NCBI GenBank assembly: GCA_017499595.2
Contig: CM039002.1
Location: forward strand, 2,666,001-2,730,000
Direction: 5' to 3'
Origin: Psilocybe cubensis
Taxonomy: Eukaryota
DNA: 64,000 bases
Part shown: piece by piece, positions 1-14,652 of the stretch
How positions within the stretch are numbered: the first letter of the stretch is position 1
Layout: each line of letters begins with the position of its first letter
Made by a program: the position numbers and the translations under genes
Notes under the pieces: generated by a model
Databases searched by the model: none
What the model was told of the DNA's origin: nothing
The model's input: the letters and a program-made list of their open reading frames with translations, nothing else

Positions 1-1379
1 AGCTCTCGCAGTTGAGATGCTGGGCCCTGTGTGCTGTTAGTGTGTTGCAAAGCTTTCTGTAATCGAAGTACCTTGCCATTCCTGTGCTCAGTTGGCCGGA
101 TTTCTAGCAAAAAAACATAATAAGCTATATGATAAGATGCCCATAAAAACGTACTCACTTCTAAGGGTGGAAGCAAGTGGCATTATTGCTCTGCCTTGTT
201 GGGGGAAGGATGTAAGACCAGGCGCAGAGTTCAACGGCGTTTTATTCGCCACACGAATCAACTCTATCTTGTTGAACGAACATGTATCAACGAACTTTAA
301 ATGACGCACTCCTTGTTGGATTATTTAGGCTTTTGAGTGCGTGTCTGGGAGCGTTGCTCGGATTCGACATATTTCATATGGTCTTATTGTGTGATAAGAT
401 CGCCGAATAATTGATGAATGTGAACATTCAATCTTCAACCATACGCAACAAAAACCAGTACCGCGGTCAAAATGGATTGAAATTTACTGTGTAGCTTCAT
501 TGTGACGAATCTGGCGAATAGAAACTCCGCTTTAATAATCGAATTTGTCACGTAGTGTTGCATCCGTGACCGACAGGCGTGAGTGATTTGATAAAAATGC
601 CAGAGACATCCAACAATTTCACTTCTCCAACTCGCAGATGTTAGTAAAACCTAGCATATATCAATGGTAGTTAACCACTGAGAAAAAAGCTGTGACTATT
701 ACATAGCTAAGCAAGTGTCAGCCATAGTCTTACTCGACCTTAACGAGATCCTGGTGAATTGTAAGTGTCGTGCTGTTCACGTCGGAATCTAATTACTGCT
801 AATGCTAAGAAATTATGCACCTGCTTGGATTGAAAAGCGTACCTCAGCCTAAGGGTATACGCTTTATACAACAGGTCGGTCCGTGTAGCATCTTTTTTGT
901 CTCTTGCGGTTGCCGTTTCAATACCAACGCCGATTCTGGTTTATGATGTCATGCCTCATGCTCAACTTGTACAACGTATCGGAGACCGGGATCATGTCAA
1001 CCCCTTCGCAAATGTCTGCTTTGCATTTCATAGCATCAAGTAGCGAAGAGGACTCATAAAAAGACATCATGAATATACTCTCGTGATACCTTGGTACTCG
1101 AATAAAATTGAACATATTCGAATGATATTGAACAAAGCATAGGATGTCACGACTCTGAGATGGTGATAATACAATACGGTAATACAACTGCATTGCAATG
1201 TCTATCTACATTGTACAGTGCTCCTATGTATGTACAAAAATGCGAATCGTAACGGGTTCGTAAAATGGTCAGTTCATGGGTTTTCGGGTTAGGCCAGAGT
1301 GAGGCCTGTGGATAAGTAGGCGGGTAGGTATGATGAACGTAGTAATATACCCGTAAGCAAAAAGGCACAATAATGCCTC

Positions 1380-3329
1380 TCAGTTCGTCCAAACCTTTTG
1401 CGGAAGGAGCGAGGCGATGTAGAGCGAAATGGCTACAATGCTCAGTAAGATGTAGTACACCATGTTCCCTCCAAGGTAGTTTTTGTCTATCGACAGCGAG
1501 AAGAGCGAGTTGGCGGCAGCCGGTCCGATGGCGCGCATGATGCTTACGGTCATCTGCAAACGATATCAGATTGAAGGCTGGAATTTGGAGTCGGGTATGG
1601 GACGACGCACCTGACTGAGTCCATTTGTGGCGCCGAGAGACGCACGATTAGGCGAAGCAGTCGATATGAAGATAAAGATGGCACCTAATATCCATTTGAG
1701 CGCGTTCAGTGAGGATCAGAGAACGAATCGTACCATAAGAAAGACTCAATGCAATGGAGATAACTATTTGGAAGCCGACTACGGCCCATACAAGCGTGCT
1801 ATATCCCTGTGCTCTCGCCAGATAGTTGATAACAGGAAAGGACGCAAAGACAGGCACAGCTGATGCGATCCCGCATATGAACACGTTTTTCGACCCCCAA
1901 GTATCATTGATCTTCGCGAAGAAGAACACCTGGAACACACCGTTTAGAATACCAAAGATAGAAAGCAGATTCCCGATGGTCGAAGGAGGTAGGCCAAGGC
2001 CTCCGAGCTCGATAGGCGTGGACAAAAAAAGTGGCTGAATGGCACGAAAGGAGATGTCCACGAGCGACAAAGCAGCATAATTCCCTGCAGCGACGATCAC
2101 TCGTCCTGTTAGAAGTTTGCGAAGCGGTAGGGGTTTCTCTGCATCATTGACAGATGAAGAGTTCTTTGAACCCGATGGGGCAGAATCGGCTTCTTCCATG
2201 TCCAGCGCTTTTCCTTTCTTGATTCCCAGGAATTCAGAAATAGGGGTAGGCGCCGAGACAGTTTCCTTGAGATAGAGGTAGGTAACCACCCATGCCAGTG
2301 CAGAGAAGGTAGCCGGAACAGCACATGGCAGGAAGTAGGGGTATTTTTTCAGGAACTCATTATTTCCAAACAGTGTCGGAAACCTGTCCGCTGGTCTTGC
2401 CAATGAGCCTCCAATGATAGGTCCGAGCTATAAACGTGGTTATTTAAGCCGTTCACTATGAAAAATTGTGGCTCACAGTTCCGCCTGTTGACCAAGCAAT
2501 GGGCATGTACGCATATGCCTGAAGAGGTGGTCAGGGATGATAATATAAGTTGAAGAGGTTCGTAATGAATACTTGCCTTGGATATATTTGTAGAATCAGT
2601 CATCTCAGCCATTATACTGAAAACGATAGATTAAAGATATTTCAGTTCAAATTAAGTGATAGTTATACCTTTTAATAACGCCAATGTTTCCATCTACAGG
2701 TGAACGTTAGTAAATGATTGTAAAATGAATTATTTCTGGACTGTAGCGTACTCAAGGCGCCGTTCAGACTTCGGCTAATTTATGGACCTAGGTCAGCGCA
2801 TAGATATCTGAGAAGCCCCGAGTAAAAACCTACCTGATAACTGCTCCCCAGAATGTCGTCGAGAGTCCAAAGCAAAACATCGAAAGCGAAAGTCCAAAGA
2901 GTCCCACTAAGATGATTGGTTTTCGGCCGATGCGGTCTGAAATCCGACTCCAGTGTAACACTGTGAAAGCCTGAGTCAAAAAGAAGACAGATTGCTACAG
3001 CCTCACAGTTAGCATTTATCATAGGCCAGAAAAGCAGCAGACGCACCATAAGTCCGACATAATATCCCACTTGGCTCTCCCTCCCGTTCGTGATACCCAA
3101 ATCACGGATGAGCTTCGGATTGGATTCACACAAAATAAGAACATAGATATTGGGAAACTATGAAACAAAGACGTACCTGAGGTGCAAAAGGATAGATGAC
3201 ATGAGACGTCAATGGTTCTGCTAGCTGCAGGAACAGGACGATGGAGAATTGGAACGCAGGGAGAGGCGTTGGTCGTTGTTTTCCATTCCCCTCCAAGAGT
3301 GGGGTTTCTTCGTCAACCTGGGCAGTCAT
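1380..3329 (-). CDS. MFS transporter (YCR023C/ZIFL-like drug:H+ antiporter family), spliced
   Basis: Starts MTAQVDEETPLL...PTPLPAFQFSIVLFLQLAEPLTSHVIYPF. Contains SDRIGRKP (MFS motif A), KKYPYFLPC and STPIELGGLGL. Ends PQKVWTN* with the stop at 1380-1382. GT-AG introns. Confidence 0.9.
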
Positions 3330-4321
3330 TTCTTGCTGGAATATGCTGATGAAGGAACAAGAAACGGCGTCCAGGTGATAGCCAAGAACGAGACAAAAAC
3401 ACCCCAAATAAGAGGGGAAAGGATGGTGAAAGAACGGACCGCAATTGCGCAGGAAGATTTCCTTCCATTACTTAAGCGTGTTTCAGCGTGATATTTGGCG
3501 TCCCTTTTCCTTTACGAACCCATCTTCATTTCGGTAGAGGAGACATCGGTTGTCATTTCCGAGGAAAAGTGGATATAGCAAATAAGGATAGCTTGGAGTT
3601 GGAAGGGAGAATGGTAAGTTCGGAGACTTGGATTAGTTGATGGACGTGTTTTGACAAAGCCTGACAACAGAATTGCCGTGCATTTGGCACCGGATTGGCA
3701 TGATATTCACACAATACCGCCGGCAAACAAGTTCTTGATGCTCTTTTGAGATTGTTTAGCTTCAAGTTTGTCTTCACCAACCTTGGATTTCAATGCCATG
3801 TATAGATCACTGTCAGCAAACACCACTATTCTCCAAATGGTCGTCGCCAATGGTCCTGTGTAGTCCCGCTAGACATGATAAATGGCTTCCTCGTGATGCT
3901 TTCCCAGCCGGCATGACAATCAGCGAACATGTCCATTGGTCATCAGAAAGACACAGGAGGCTGTGGAATTTGTCTTTAAACATACAAGTGGTGATTGTCC
4001 AGGTTCTCTCGTTTACCTGCCTCCTATTCAATTATGCGGCATCCATTTTCATTGATCATCTATCTCTTCGTTGCTTCTACTGCTCGGGCCGCTAATTTTT
4101 TTTAGTTTGCATTCTGCTAGGTTGCTGCTGGGACGTATTTTTTCCCTGATCCGTGTGACCTTCTATCTCTGTCTTATGCCCCTCAAACCCAGTGGTTCTA
4201 CTAGACTGCCTCGATGGGGACATCGTCATCGGATTGTATTATTAACACCTATTAATTTCAGGCAGGTTTGGCACTAAAGCCGCTATGCATAAGTGACTCA
4301 CGCTGAATAGAGTAATCTGCT

Positions 4322-6184
4322 CTAGGGTCTAGCGCGATGACGCCCTCTCGCCCTTTTGTTAGGTAACAGAGCGCTACAGCGTATCCCCACCACGGTAATT
4401 GCTATCAGGACATAATAGACCATGTCGCCTCCCGCAAGTTTTTTCTGGAGGGAGATGGAGAAGAGCGACGAAGCGAATGTGGGAGCGATTGTCCGCATCG
4501 CACAGCCGAGCATCTGTGCAACGCCATTGACTGTGCCCATCGGCCCGCCTTCTGGGACAGCCTCAACGATGAGGACTTGTAGAGATCCTTATATCCAAAC
4601 GCGTGAGCCTGTATCTGTGCGCCGGGAGGAAAAGGAACTGACCATACGCCATGTAGATCATCGTCTGAAAGCTCAGTTGAAGCGCGATACACACCGCTAC
4701 AAACCCATTAACTCGTCCGGCTCTTTGTGCAAAGTAGTGCATGACAGGGTACATGGTGAAGCACCCCAATATGCACGAAAAGGAGACTCTATACAGACGC
4801 CTGGCCCCGTACTTTCTGATAAGTTTCCCGAGCATGTTTGCCTGAAGTATCGAGTTGCAGAAGCCGAATGTGGCAAGAATCGAGCCGATGCGGAAGGGAT
4901 CAAGTCCGAGTCCATTAAATTCTATAGGTGTAGAGTATACCAGGGGCAGGAGTGCGGAATAACTCATCTCGAGGAGCGTAAGGAATGCATGGTTCAGGAG
5001 AGTCAGGAGGATTGGCCGCGTGAAGATGACTTCGAGAACGCCTGTAGGGGGCGAAGTCGTGTCACCTAAACGACTAGTAGACGCCTCAGACTCTGTGCCA
5101 TAACTCTGGCGGTCTCCAAGAAGACGTGACTCCTCTGTCGCATCGGCACATTCAATGGTATTATCGATATCGTGCAGGCGCTTCAAAGCTTTTTCTTTTG
5201 CAACAAGAGACGGTAATGTCTATTTTGTAATCATGAGCGTAGATTGACAGCGCAAAACTAATTACCTACCTCTATCATTCCGAAATATACAAACACAAAC
5301 GTCCCCATCGCGAATAGGGCGGCAACGAAACATGGGAGAAAATAAGGATGTGTTCGTAGGTACCTGATCCGACCTAGTGAGTCTGGCCACCTTGTTGCTG
5401 GGTTGGATAACATTCCACCGATTATAGGCCTTGATGAGGAAGATATAAATCCCTTCATATTTGAAGAAAAAGGGGGACTTACGCGGTTGTTACTCCCAAG
5501 CTCCATACAATTGGTTGATATGCATAGGCGTCTCCCCGATTTGAAGCGTCCGTCAGCTAGATAACTTGACCTCTCAGTCTTGAGGCGCCTGCAGGACTTG
5601 AGTCAAAATATTCACCTCGGCAATTGAGGTCTTCGTCACACCTAGTAGAAAATCATCAATTTTGTCTTACCCGGCCAGAATATCGCGTACCTATATTTCC
5701 ATTGAAAACTCCTTGCATGCACCGTGACAGCACCAGTGGCCAGAAGGTGGTCGACGACCCAAAAACAAGCATCGCAAATGCCAACCCAACTGGAGCACAC
5801 AGCAGAATGGGTCTGCGGCCATATCTATCCGACAAGTAGCCCCATTGGACGACGGTCAGACATTCCGCGAGGAAAAAAGCTGATTCCTGGGAGTCATGAT
5901 CATATGTGGTGAGCGCTATTTGTAATATATGCGTAACTCACGATCATGCCAGCATAATATCCCGTTTTCTTTTCGTCCCCACCTGTGATCCCAGTCTCTC
6001 TGACAAACTGGTTGATGAACGGATAGATCACAGCTGCGGTGATAGGCTCTGCCATTTGAATCAAAAAGAGGCTGATGAGGGGGAGAACAGGGAGGGGAGT
6101 GGGCTTTTCATTGTACTGGTCGTCATCAGCGGTAGATGCCTCGTCATTGGCGAGGGACCTCTCGTCGTTCGCGTCTAGTTGCAT
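4322..6184 (-). CDS. MFS transporter (same family), spliced
   Basis: MQLDANDER...PTPLPVLPLISLFLIQMAEPITAAVIYPFINQF. Contains SDRYGRRP, HPYFLPC and GTVNGVAQMLG. Near-identical exon layout to the genes at 15694 and 18195. Confidence 0.9.
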
Positions 6185-7600
6185 TTGCGCCTTAGAGGGG
6201 GAGAAAACCTGGTATCAACCTCGGGGTATAAGTACTTTTTCACGGCGTACGAGCGACATGTGGGCAAAAACAAATTACGTTCATTTAGAGTGCTGGGCAT
6301 ATTTATATATAAACTGACAACTTCAACATCGAGCTGTCCAATCGCGTATTACTCTTGCTGCTGATGTATGGAACTGAGGAATCCCTGAACTTCGGACCGA
6401 GTTCTTTGCCATATCGTATAGACCACTCTTCTAGAAGTTGACTAGATTGCTGAACATGGAAAGGCGATTGCAACACTCGAAACTACGGGGAGTTCGGATT
6501 CACATATTCAATTTCGGAGTCTGTAGCTCGCTTAGATACATGATAGACAGCTGCGAAGCAAAGATATCAAACCGACCCAACCAGGACTTAGGTTCATTCA
6601 ATTTTCAATGCTAGAAGACATTTACTTCAGTGCTCATGACGAGAATGATGAGGACTCCAAGATTGAAAATACAGCCGAGGACTCGAAAAGACATCGATGA
6701 AGTTTGACAAATATTAATGTTAAATGGTGATAACACGTGGCTCAACGAAGATAAATTGATCAAGAAAGGGCTGTAACCATATTATTACATACTATTAGTA
6801 ATAGTATTACTATGAGGATTTACGATTGGCGAGACGGACAACGAGGTCGGAGGCGCACACATTTCTGCATGTGCCGAGATTTCGGCCGTTTTCGCGCAAT
6901 TCTCCGGCCTTTCATAATACTCAGCTCCGGGGATCACCGACAGTATCGTTCCGATTCTATTCCGAAGTGACACGGCCCCATGGCTTCTCCTTTGCCTGTT
7001 GAATTCATCGCTTGACTTGTACTATTTTACAGCTGCTTTCATATCGATAGGCATATTGTCCAAATTTACACATAAAGAACGATTAATTTGCTATGCCAGT
7101 ACCTGGCATGCTCTAGGTAGAATCTTGCCGCATCACAAACGTCGGCAGGTCTTGCTGGTATCTAAGTTCGCACGGGGTGATGATCAAAACACTTGTGGAT
7201 CACGTGTGCTTAAGCATTTTGTTACACTTTTTGTGTTAGCCTAGAGCTAGCACACATCACAGTAACTGTGCGTTCGTTCGTGTTACGCCACTTGTGCGCA
7301 TCTACTTCATCTGCTATCTCACCGACGAGCAGACAACTTTTGAAATACGGGTAATTTAAGAGTGTATTAATAGGTCGCTGTAGAAAAACAAAATAGGTCT
7401 GTAAAATATCCGCGAAGGTAAACATGAAAGCGACAAAACATGATGGACTATAAAACAAAATTGGATAAAGCAAGTTCAATCAAGATAAAATCTGGGAAAG
7501 CCGCCAGCTAATATAGGGGAAATATAGTAACCATAAATCAATTGCAAAGACAATAAATATTGATAGTTGGTCGTGCTGGTCTTGTTTTCAGAAAATGCGT

Positions 7601-9173
7601 TCATTGTTCGTCTGTTCGACGCCTCTTTTGAGCATTGGCATCGCCGCCGCCACCTCCCATGAAGGAGGGATTAAAGTGACCACCGCCGCGCCCTAATCGA
7701 ATGAAAAATTCGAAGTTCGATCATGGTGATTTCGAATTGAATTTTGATTAACAGCGACAGCAACATGATGTTTTCGTTTTGCGCAAAATACAGTCGGTAC
7801 GCATGTACAGAGATAAACAGACGGCAAACAGAGAGCGATTGTGAGCACATGTTGAGACAATAAAAAAGATTGAGAAAAGGAAAGGAACATGGGCAAAGGG
7901 CGCACAGTCGCAGAAGGAACAGGCAAAAGAAAAGAAAGAGAAATTAAAAGTTCGTACCCATACCGCCGCCTCCCATCATACCTCCACGTCCGCCCATCAT
8001 GCCCCCACGTCCCATCATCGCCCCACGCCCGCCTTGGTAGTTGCCTCTGCCTCCCATGTAACCACCGGCACCCATGCCCATGCCCATCGCCATATTGGCC
8101 ATGTTTGCCATGCCCATGCCCATACCACCCATGGCCATCGGGTTCATGCCCATCATCGCAGGCATGGCGCCCATGGGCATCATGCCTGTGCCAACGACAC
8201 CGCCGCCGCGGTTGACTTGGCTTTGGTGGCCTCCGCCTCGGTAGCCACCCCCGGTGCCTCCACCCCGACTCCCGCTGTTCACCATAGCCGGAGGTCCTGA
8301 CGATTGAGGTCGTGCATCCCGCGGAGGGGGTTCTGGAAGATGAATAGGTTAGTCAGGGATAGTGAATGAAATTAGGGTTCATGCCTTTTGGTAAAGTGCG
8401 GAAGGGATTGCCCTGTGACGAGCTGGCGAGTGTCGCGGTCGCGCGACGGTTTTGGAAGTCGCTGGGAGAAAGTTGGAAAACGAGTCGTGATGAGAATCCG
8501 AGCACTCACTTGTTGTCGAACCATGTTTTTAGATCGGCGGCAGCCTGAGGATCATGACATTCAATAAAAGCAATACTAAAGCATCCTAGTTAGCTAACAT
8601 GGTAAATCTCGGAAGAAGAATGGTAAATACCCTTTGCTCTTCCCGTTGACTTTGTGCTCAGAGAAAGTGATGTCGTTGTGATCGATATTCACTCCACAAT
8701 TGTGTGCAACCTGTCGTAAATCTTCGTCCGTCGTCCACTACCATAAAAAATGAATTAGGTAATGAGATACAACAAAGCGAGGACGGACCCATTGAAGATC
8801 TCCTATGTACAACGCATCGTATCCGGGCATGGGCTGGGCTACGGACTGGGCAGCCTGCGTCTGCGCGGGCACCTGCTGGACATAGTTGGTGCCATTCGTG
8901 CCTTGCTGACCGTGCCCGCTTCCTCCTGCGCCGCTGTTGGACCGGGAGTTAGGGTAGGAATTCCCCTCGTCATCCCTATCCCTCTGTCGTTTCTCGCCAG
9001 TCATAGGCTCAGAGTTGGACACGTACGTCTGTACCTGCTCCTCCGTGGCCATGTTACCGTCGTCGTCCTGAACAAATGCATCAGTGTATGCACGTAAAAA
9101 CGGTCGTCTCTGCATAAATGCTGAAGGTCTGAGGGCGCACCTCGTGTTTGATGTCGTAACTGTCGGCTGGCAT
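7601..9173 (-). CDS. CPSF6: RRM protein with Gly/Met/RGG-rich tail, CPSF6/CFIm68-like
   Basis: Spliced RRM reads [19 protein letters not shown]...[18 protein letters not shown], resembling the CPSF6/7 signature LYxGNLxWWTTDEDL...ENRANGQSKG. Low-complexity GGRGGMMG region. Ends [10 protein letters not shown]. Confidence 0.8.
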
Positions 9174-9823
9174 GTCGTGTCGTGTGGTCTGGTATCGTTA
9201 GAAGTATGGGATTGTCGAGCTGACGTTTGATGTAGAGCGTTGCACGAACCAACGGAATCTAGGCTCGAAAAGAAAACTCAAATGACGGGACTTGGATGTG
9301 TGTGAAAAGGGACTTTGCTCTGTAAATTAAGAACAACAAAGACATTGTTGAGTATCGACGACATGCGGGGGAAAGGATACAAAATAGCGTATAACAAGGT
9401 GGTTCCAAAAGAAACACTGGTACAAAAAAACTTTTAGCAAACATACAGGGAAAAGATCTCACAATGAAGAGGTTCGTGATATGGATACAGGCAGATATAG
9501 GCTTGTTACACAAAAAACGGATATCATACAAGAGATTGGAAGACGAGCCCTCCGGAGACTGGAAGCGATGGTTGTGGTTTGGATCAGAATATGCAAATTC
9601 AGCGCGCCGCGACAGTTTTATTGCGTATTATTATTTGCTCCTGTTTGATCCGGTGGCGGGTCTCGGTGACTCGCTTTGACTTCACTGACTTGCACAAATT
9701 CCATTCAAATCTTGGACCATGGTTGTGTTGATGTCATTCTAATTCATTACAGGAACTGCACAAATGGAATAAAAATCTGCGGCCCGTTTTATTTAACACA
9801 GTGACCCGCTTTCTCCTGGGCCA

Positions 9824-11858
9824 CTACGCTCCAACGGCCACCTCTCCAACAAGAGCAGCTCCTTCATTGATTTCTTCCTCAAATGCCTGTTGAAATAGTA
9901 TCAGTATCAGTATTATGGACATGAATTTTACCGAGCACTAACCGCCTGGCCATTGAGGTCGTAATGGTTATTATAAGCAAGCAGATTTGCAGTCTTTGCC
10001 GCTACATCGTTCAGTTCAGTCATGCTTTTGCATAGCAGCAGCGTTGGGTGAAATGGCGTACGGATGTCTTTCAAAACTCCTACATGTGCATATGCCCAGA
10101 AGTTCTGTGGTACCTTTGACTGAAGGGATATTAAGTAGGCCATAAGGCCAGATACATGTGGAGCAGCCTGTAAAATAACCCATCAGTAAACAAACTCAAC
10201 GATGGGAGAGTAGTAGCTACCATAGATGTACCCGACATCACTTTTGTTTTTTTATCGAGCCAAGTGGAGTCAACATCTTCGCCTAAAATAATTTTTAGAT
10301 ACGCACTTGCGCCGTACATGTGTAAAGATCGAGCCTACCAGGAGCAAAAATATTGACAACCTCCCCATAATTTGATCCGGACCATTTTTTGTCTCGGATA
10401 TTACATGCACCCACAGTAATTGCATATGGAGAGCGAGCAGGGCTGACTGTCTTGGCGTCTTTGTTGTCGTTTCCTGCAGCAGCTACAGTGGTAATCTTCG
10501 CATCAAATAGCTACAGAATACGTAAGAACTCGTCTACGTCCACAATTGAAGTAGCCGACCTTTTTGACAGCATCGTCAACAGCTTGGGAGGTCGGACCTC
10601 CTAAACTCATGTTGACCACACTCGGCCTTTTAGTTTTCTTGACGTTTTCAATTACCCAATCCAATGCTTTTACCCTAAACGAGATCAGTTTAGTTTGGCT
10701 CGTGTCATACATCAGAAATTGGGCTGACAGATCAGAGGCATTATATTTGCTATATTTGACACTTGAGACTCAAAGAACATATAATACATTAGCAAACTAC
10801 TCACTCTTGCTCCATGACTTTCACTGCGATTACCTTGGCGGCTTTTGCAACACCCCTTGAAAACGATAACTTTAATACAGGCTAGTCAAAAATAGTACCA
10901 CTTGACTACTCACAATTGTTTTGAAATAGCAGTTCCTGCGACGTGCGTTCCGTGACTGATTGTCGATTATTGATTGTTATTTCAGTTCCCAAAGAAAGAA
11001 ATAGTGGATAGTACCCGTTGAGATCCTTGTTAGCCTTCGAAATATCTCATTTAAATGAACCGACAACAAAAGCACAATGATCACTGCGAACATACCGTTC
11101 CTGTTTGTGTTTTCCCCCACGAGGCGCGACCCTCAAAGGCAGGCTTTCCAATAGGAAGTTACGTTTTATTGCTGCTCAAGAGAGGGGCGGGAATTCTTAC
11201 ATGGGTTGTGTCGACTCCTAGACAATAACTTTAAAATCACTTCATCTCAGTGCCTGAACAATTGAAACCCACCTGAATCTGTAATCAAATTTACCGCATA
11301 CGGTTGATCAAAGGCCGTCAAGTTCCTGTGACGCCAGACTAATGCAGAGTTCACTTACCAACAACGTAGATATCAACACCAGATCCCGCAGCAGGATCCC
11401 AGTGATAGAAGAATTTGTTGGGGGTGGGTTTGTCGCCAATGGGTAAGGGGGCGATTCTACTCAATCTTCCCAAGCCCCATGTCGCATCATTTCTTTCACG
11501 GATTTAAAAAGGTATGTCGATTACAATCTGAAGAAAATAAAGATAGAAACTACTTACTGGTAAGCAAATGCCTCCCCAACGGAGTCCTTTTCAATGTATT
11601 TGACATCCGGGTTGGCCTTCAAAGTCTCGACATGACTTTCGGTGAACTTTCCTAGAGAAATATAATAAGTGACATCGATTCAAACAGATAGGCTAGTAGG
11701 AAATTACCAGCAAAGCCATTCAAGGCGTGCTCATATTCGACAATGGTATCCGCAGAGAACGCCTTGATGTCGGTCTGTAGTGCACTGAGGAAGGTCTGGG
11801 TGGACACACCATCGCGTAGAACGACGATGTAAGTTTGCGCGTCAGAGTTTGAAGCCAT
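9824..11858 (-). CDS. Subtilisin-like S8 protease (proteinase K type) with I9 prodomain
   Basis: Prodomain YIVVLRDG...LNGFAG...VKYIEKD, then ATWGLGRLS. Catalytic triad in [21 protein letters not shown] and MSGTSM|AAPHVSG. Also VVNMSLGG. Last exon AFEEEINEG...VAVGA*. Confidence 0.92.
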
Positions 11859-12548
11859 TTCTGCAGATATGAGGAAGTATCAGAGGTGTACTGAGGTGCT
11901 GTGGAGGTCTAGCAGAAGAAGATTAAATACTCCTGGGTTGATAGTTATTCAGTAGGTTTGTCATACTACAGCCCAGTGCGCTCGTATATAATCTGAGGTA
12001 AACCATGCGACTATGTTTAGCTCAGGAGAGGGCGGCATATGTTTATGGAATGAATATTCATAGGACCGGTGCATGAAAGTTCCGAGTGGTCGTAAAAGGT
12101 GACAGTGTTGTTGTTGGTTTACTTCAGGTATTGTTCCATCTCCGTCACCATTATCAGTTCCAAATCTGTTCATCACACGTGGGAATCAAATTTGAATGCA
12201 GTTATAGATCACTGACGTTTTCAATGAGTGGATGGCATAGAATAGAACAAAAGGATTAACGCAGAAGAGTCAAGTTTATCCTTGATTTCTCCACTTCTGA
12301 GTCCTAGAATTCGTTGGAACTCCTTCTATCTGCCTTATGAACAAATCGAGTGACGCAGTATTCCTACCACCGCTCCAACTAGATGGCAGCGGAAATGTAT
12401 GCGGAAACCTCGTGTATTTGAATTATAAACATTACGACTATACACTATCTCCTACTCCAACTACTTCTGAGCCAAGGCGTTCCATTGCCTGACAGTTCAA
12501 CATGACAGTTCAACAGACACTGATAAACGTTTAAGAACGTTAGCATCA

Positions 12549-14652
12549 TTACTGGCTAATATTAGTGACTCCAGTGCAGGTTCCTCTCAGAAACCTACCA
12601 CACTTATGGAACTTGGTGCGAAGTTTTCCTACCGTGGATTTAGTATAGGAAGCAGGCGAAATACCATCTCTGTGTGAGCACGATGCATCTGCTCCCACAG
12701 AACTGACCGATCCACAATGCCGCCAGCTGCAAGGTAGTTCATTCAGAGAAGATGTGTCGGTGTCCAATTGGCAAAAATCTTCGACCGAAGTGAGTTCAAA
12801 GATACGTCCCTTCGTTTGATTTAACCATGCATGATCTAGCGCTTCAGTCAGTGACATTCGCTTCTCGATGTTAACTTCAAGAAGAGCTTTTGTAAAACCT
12901 TTTGCTTTATCAAAACGCTTAAGTTAGAATCTCAACCATATCTTAATGTTTTAAAGGCACTTACACATCGCAGATATCTGTTTTCGCCTTACTCGAGTGT
13001 CAAGGGGTAATTCGTCAAGCTCTCCTCCCAGCTGGTCCAAAAACAATGGCAACTGATTGTTCAGTAGCCTTATTTCTTTGATTAGACCTTTTACCACCAA
13101 AGCGGTTGAAATCACTCACATCGCATGTACAATGACACCCACACCCCAGCTGTCAGCTTTGTTATTATGTGGTCGACATCGAACAATTTCGGGTGCCATG
13201 TAGCTGGCACTCCCAATGGTATACTTCTCACAATTAGTAACTGTAGAGTGAGTCAACAGAGTAGGGAAACTCACATTTTTCTGGGTAAGCATTCCGGGTG
13301 CTACTCTGTCAGCAAGGCCGAAGTCTGCCACTTTTACCCAAAGCGGCTCTGCGGAAAATACAAGAATGTTCTGCTCCTTGTTAGCGCAGATAAGAGGAAT
13401 AATTGGTTTGATATACCTCAGGCTTCAGGTCATAATGTATCAGACCGAGAGCGTGAACATGCTGAAAAAAATATTAACACACATATTACGAGCACGCGAG
13501 TTCAACACATACCCTCATTGCATCGCAAATCTGGTGGGCAGTAGTCCTAACCTCATTTTCAGCTGTTTCATGAGTCGGTTAAACACTTGATTAACCACAT
13601 CGGTGATACATGGGAGACTCACTAATTCCAGTCTCAATCCCAAGGTCCGCGACTCTCTTTCTTTCAATTAGGTACGTGAGTAAATCACCTCTTGGAGACA
13701 TCGGCATTACGATATCTAAAAAAATGTGCTGTTTAGCCCAACTGTGACTTGGAATTACTACCCATGCAAATTTTTACTTACGAATGGTTTTGAGCTCGGC
13801 ATCAACAAAAAACTCCTCCATGCTGCATATATGTTTATGGTTCAACTTCCTAAGTAGTAGCAATATTGACACCTCGTGTGTCTCTAGACAAGTGTCTGGC
13901 AGCTGGCTGAACCGGTCACAAACAGGATATCTGTCCAACCTAAGACTTTTGACCGCTTTTAAGGACGTACCACTTGTATTTCCTTTACGAACTGCACGAT
14001 GTACCTGGCCACTGGCACCCGTACCCAAGGTGCGGCCAATTTTATAGCGCTGAACAAGCGTTGGGAAAGGACGACAATGCGCTGTTTGGTGGTAGGTAAA
14101 AGCTGATTTTGGTAAGTTTATTGCTCACAAATACGCTAACTAGAAGACGTACTGTTTATTCTCTTCTTAGTTCCAAAATAGATGGTATCTCCGTCCCGAA
14201 GGATTGTTTTACAGGCACCATCAATCAGTCTATCGTTAATCTACACCAGTACCAGATGAGAAAATGTTGCAAGGAACATCAGGTAACAATCGCACCCAAG
14301 TTCTAGTTGATTTGCTTTCGGTGGTTTGAAAGAAAACTTTGCTTTCCATGGCTTCCACGCCATCCCAAATGATGGTGCAGTGAAATTCACCTATGAGATA
14401 TTAGATATGAAACATCTGAACATTGCTAGGTGGGTACATACCAATGAAAGGACCAGGACTAATGGCGACATCATTGGCCCAATCGCTTCCAATTGTCTGT
14501 TCCCTCTGCTTTCTATCGAAAATTTCTGCTCGTTCGCCAAACTTGTCCTTCAGATGGCCCCATGAGGAAGTATCTGAGGAAAAATCAAGACTGGTACTAA
14601 TCCATTCTTGGTCTGACTTGAAAGATGGAGAGTAATCTTCAATGGTTAGCAT
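12549..14652 (-). CDS. FHA-domain Ser/Thr protein kinase (Rad53/Chk2/Dun1-like architecture), divergent; start uncertain
   Basis: FHA-like segment (WGHL...TIGSD...FHCTIIWDG...LRDGDTIYFG). Kinase motifs LGTGASGQV, AVK, IHYDLKPE|NIL, DFGLA, YMAPE, DSWGVG and ALDHAWL. Confidence 0.8.
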
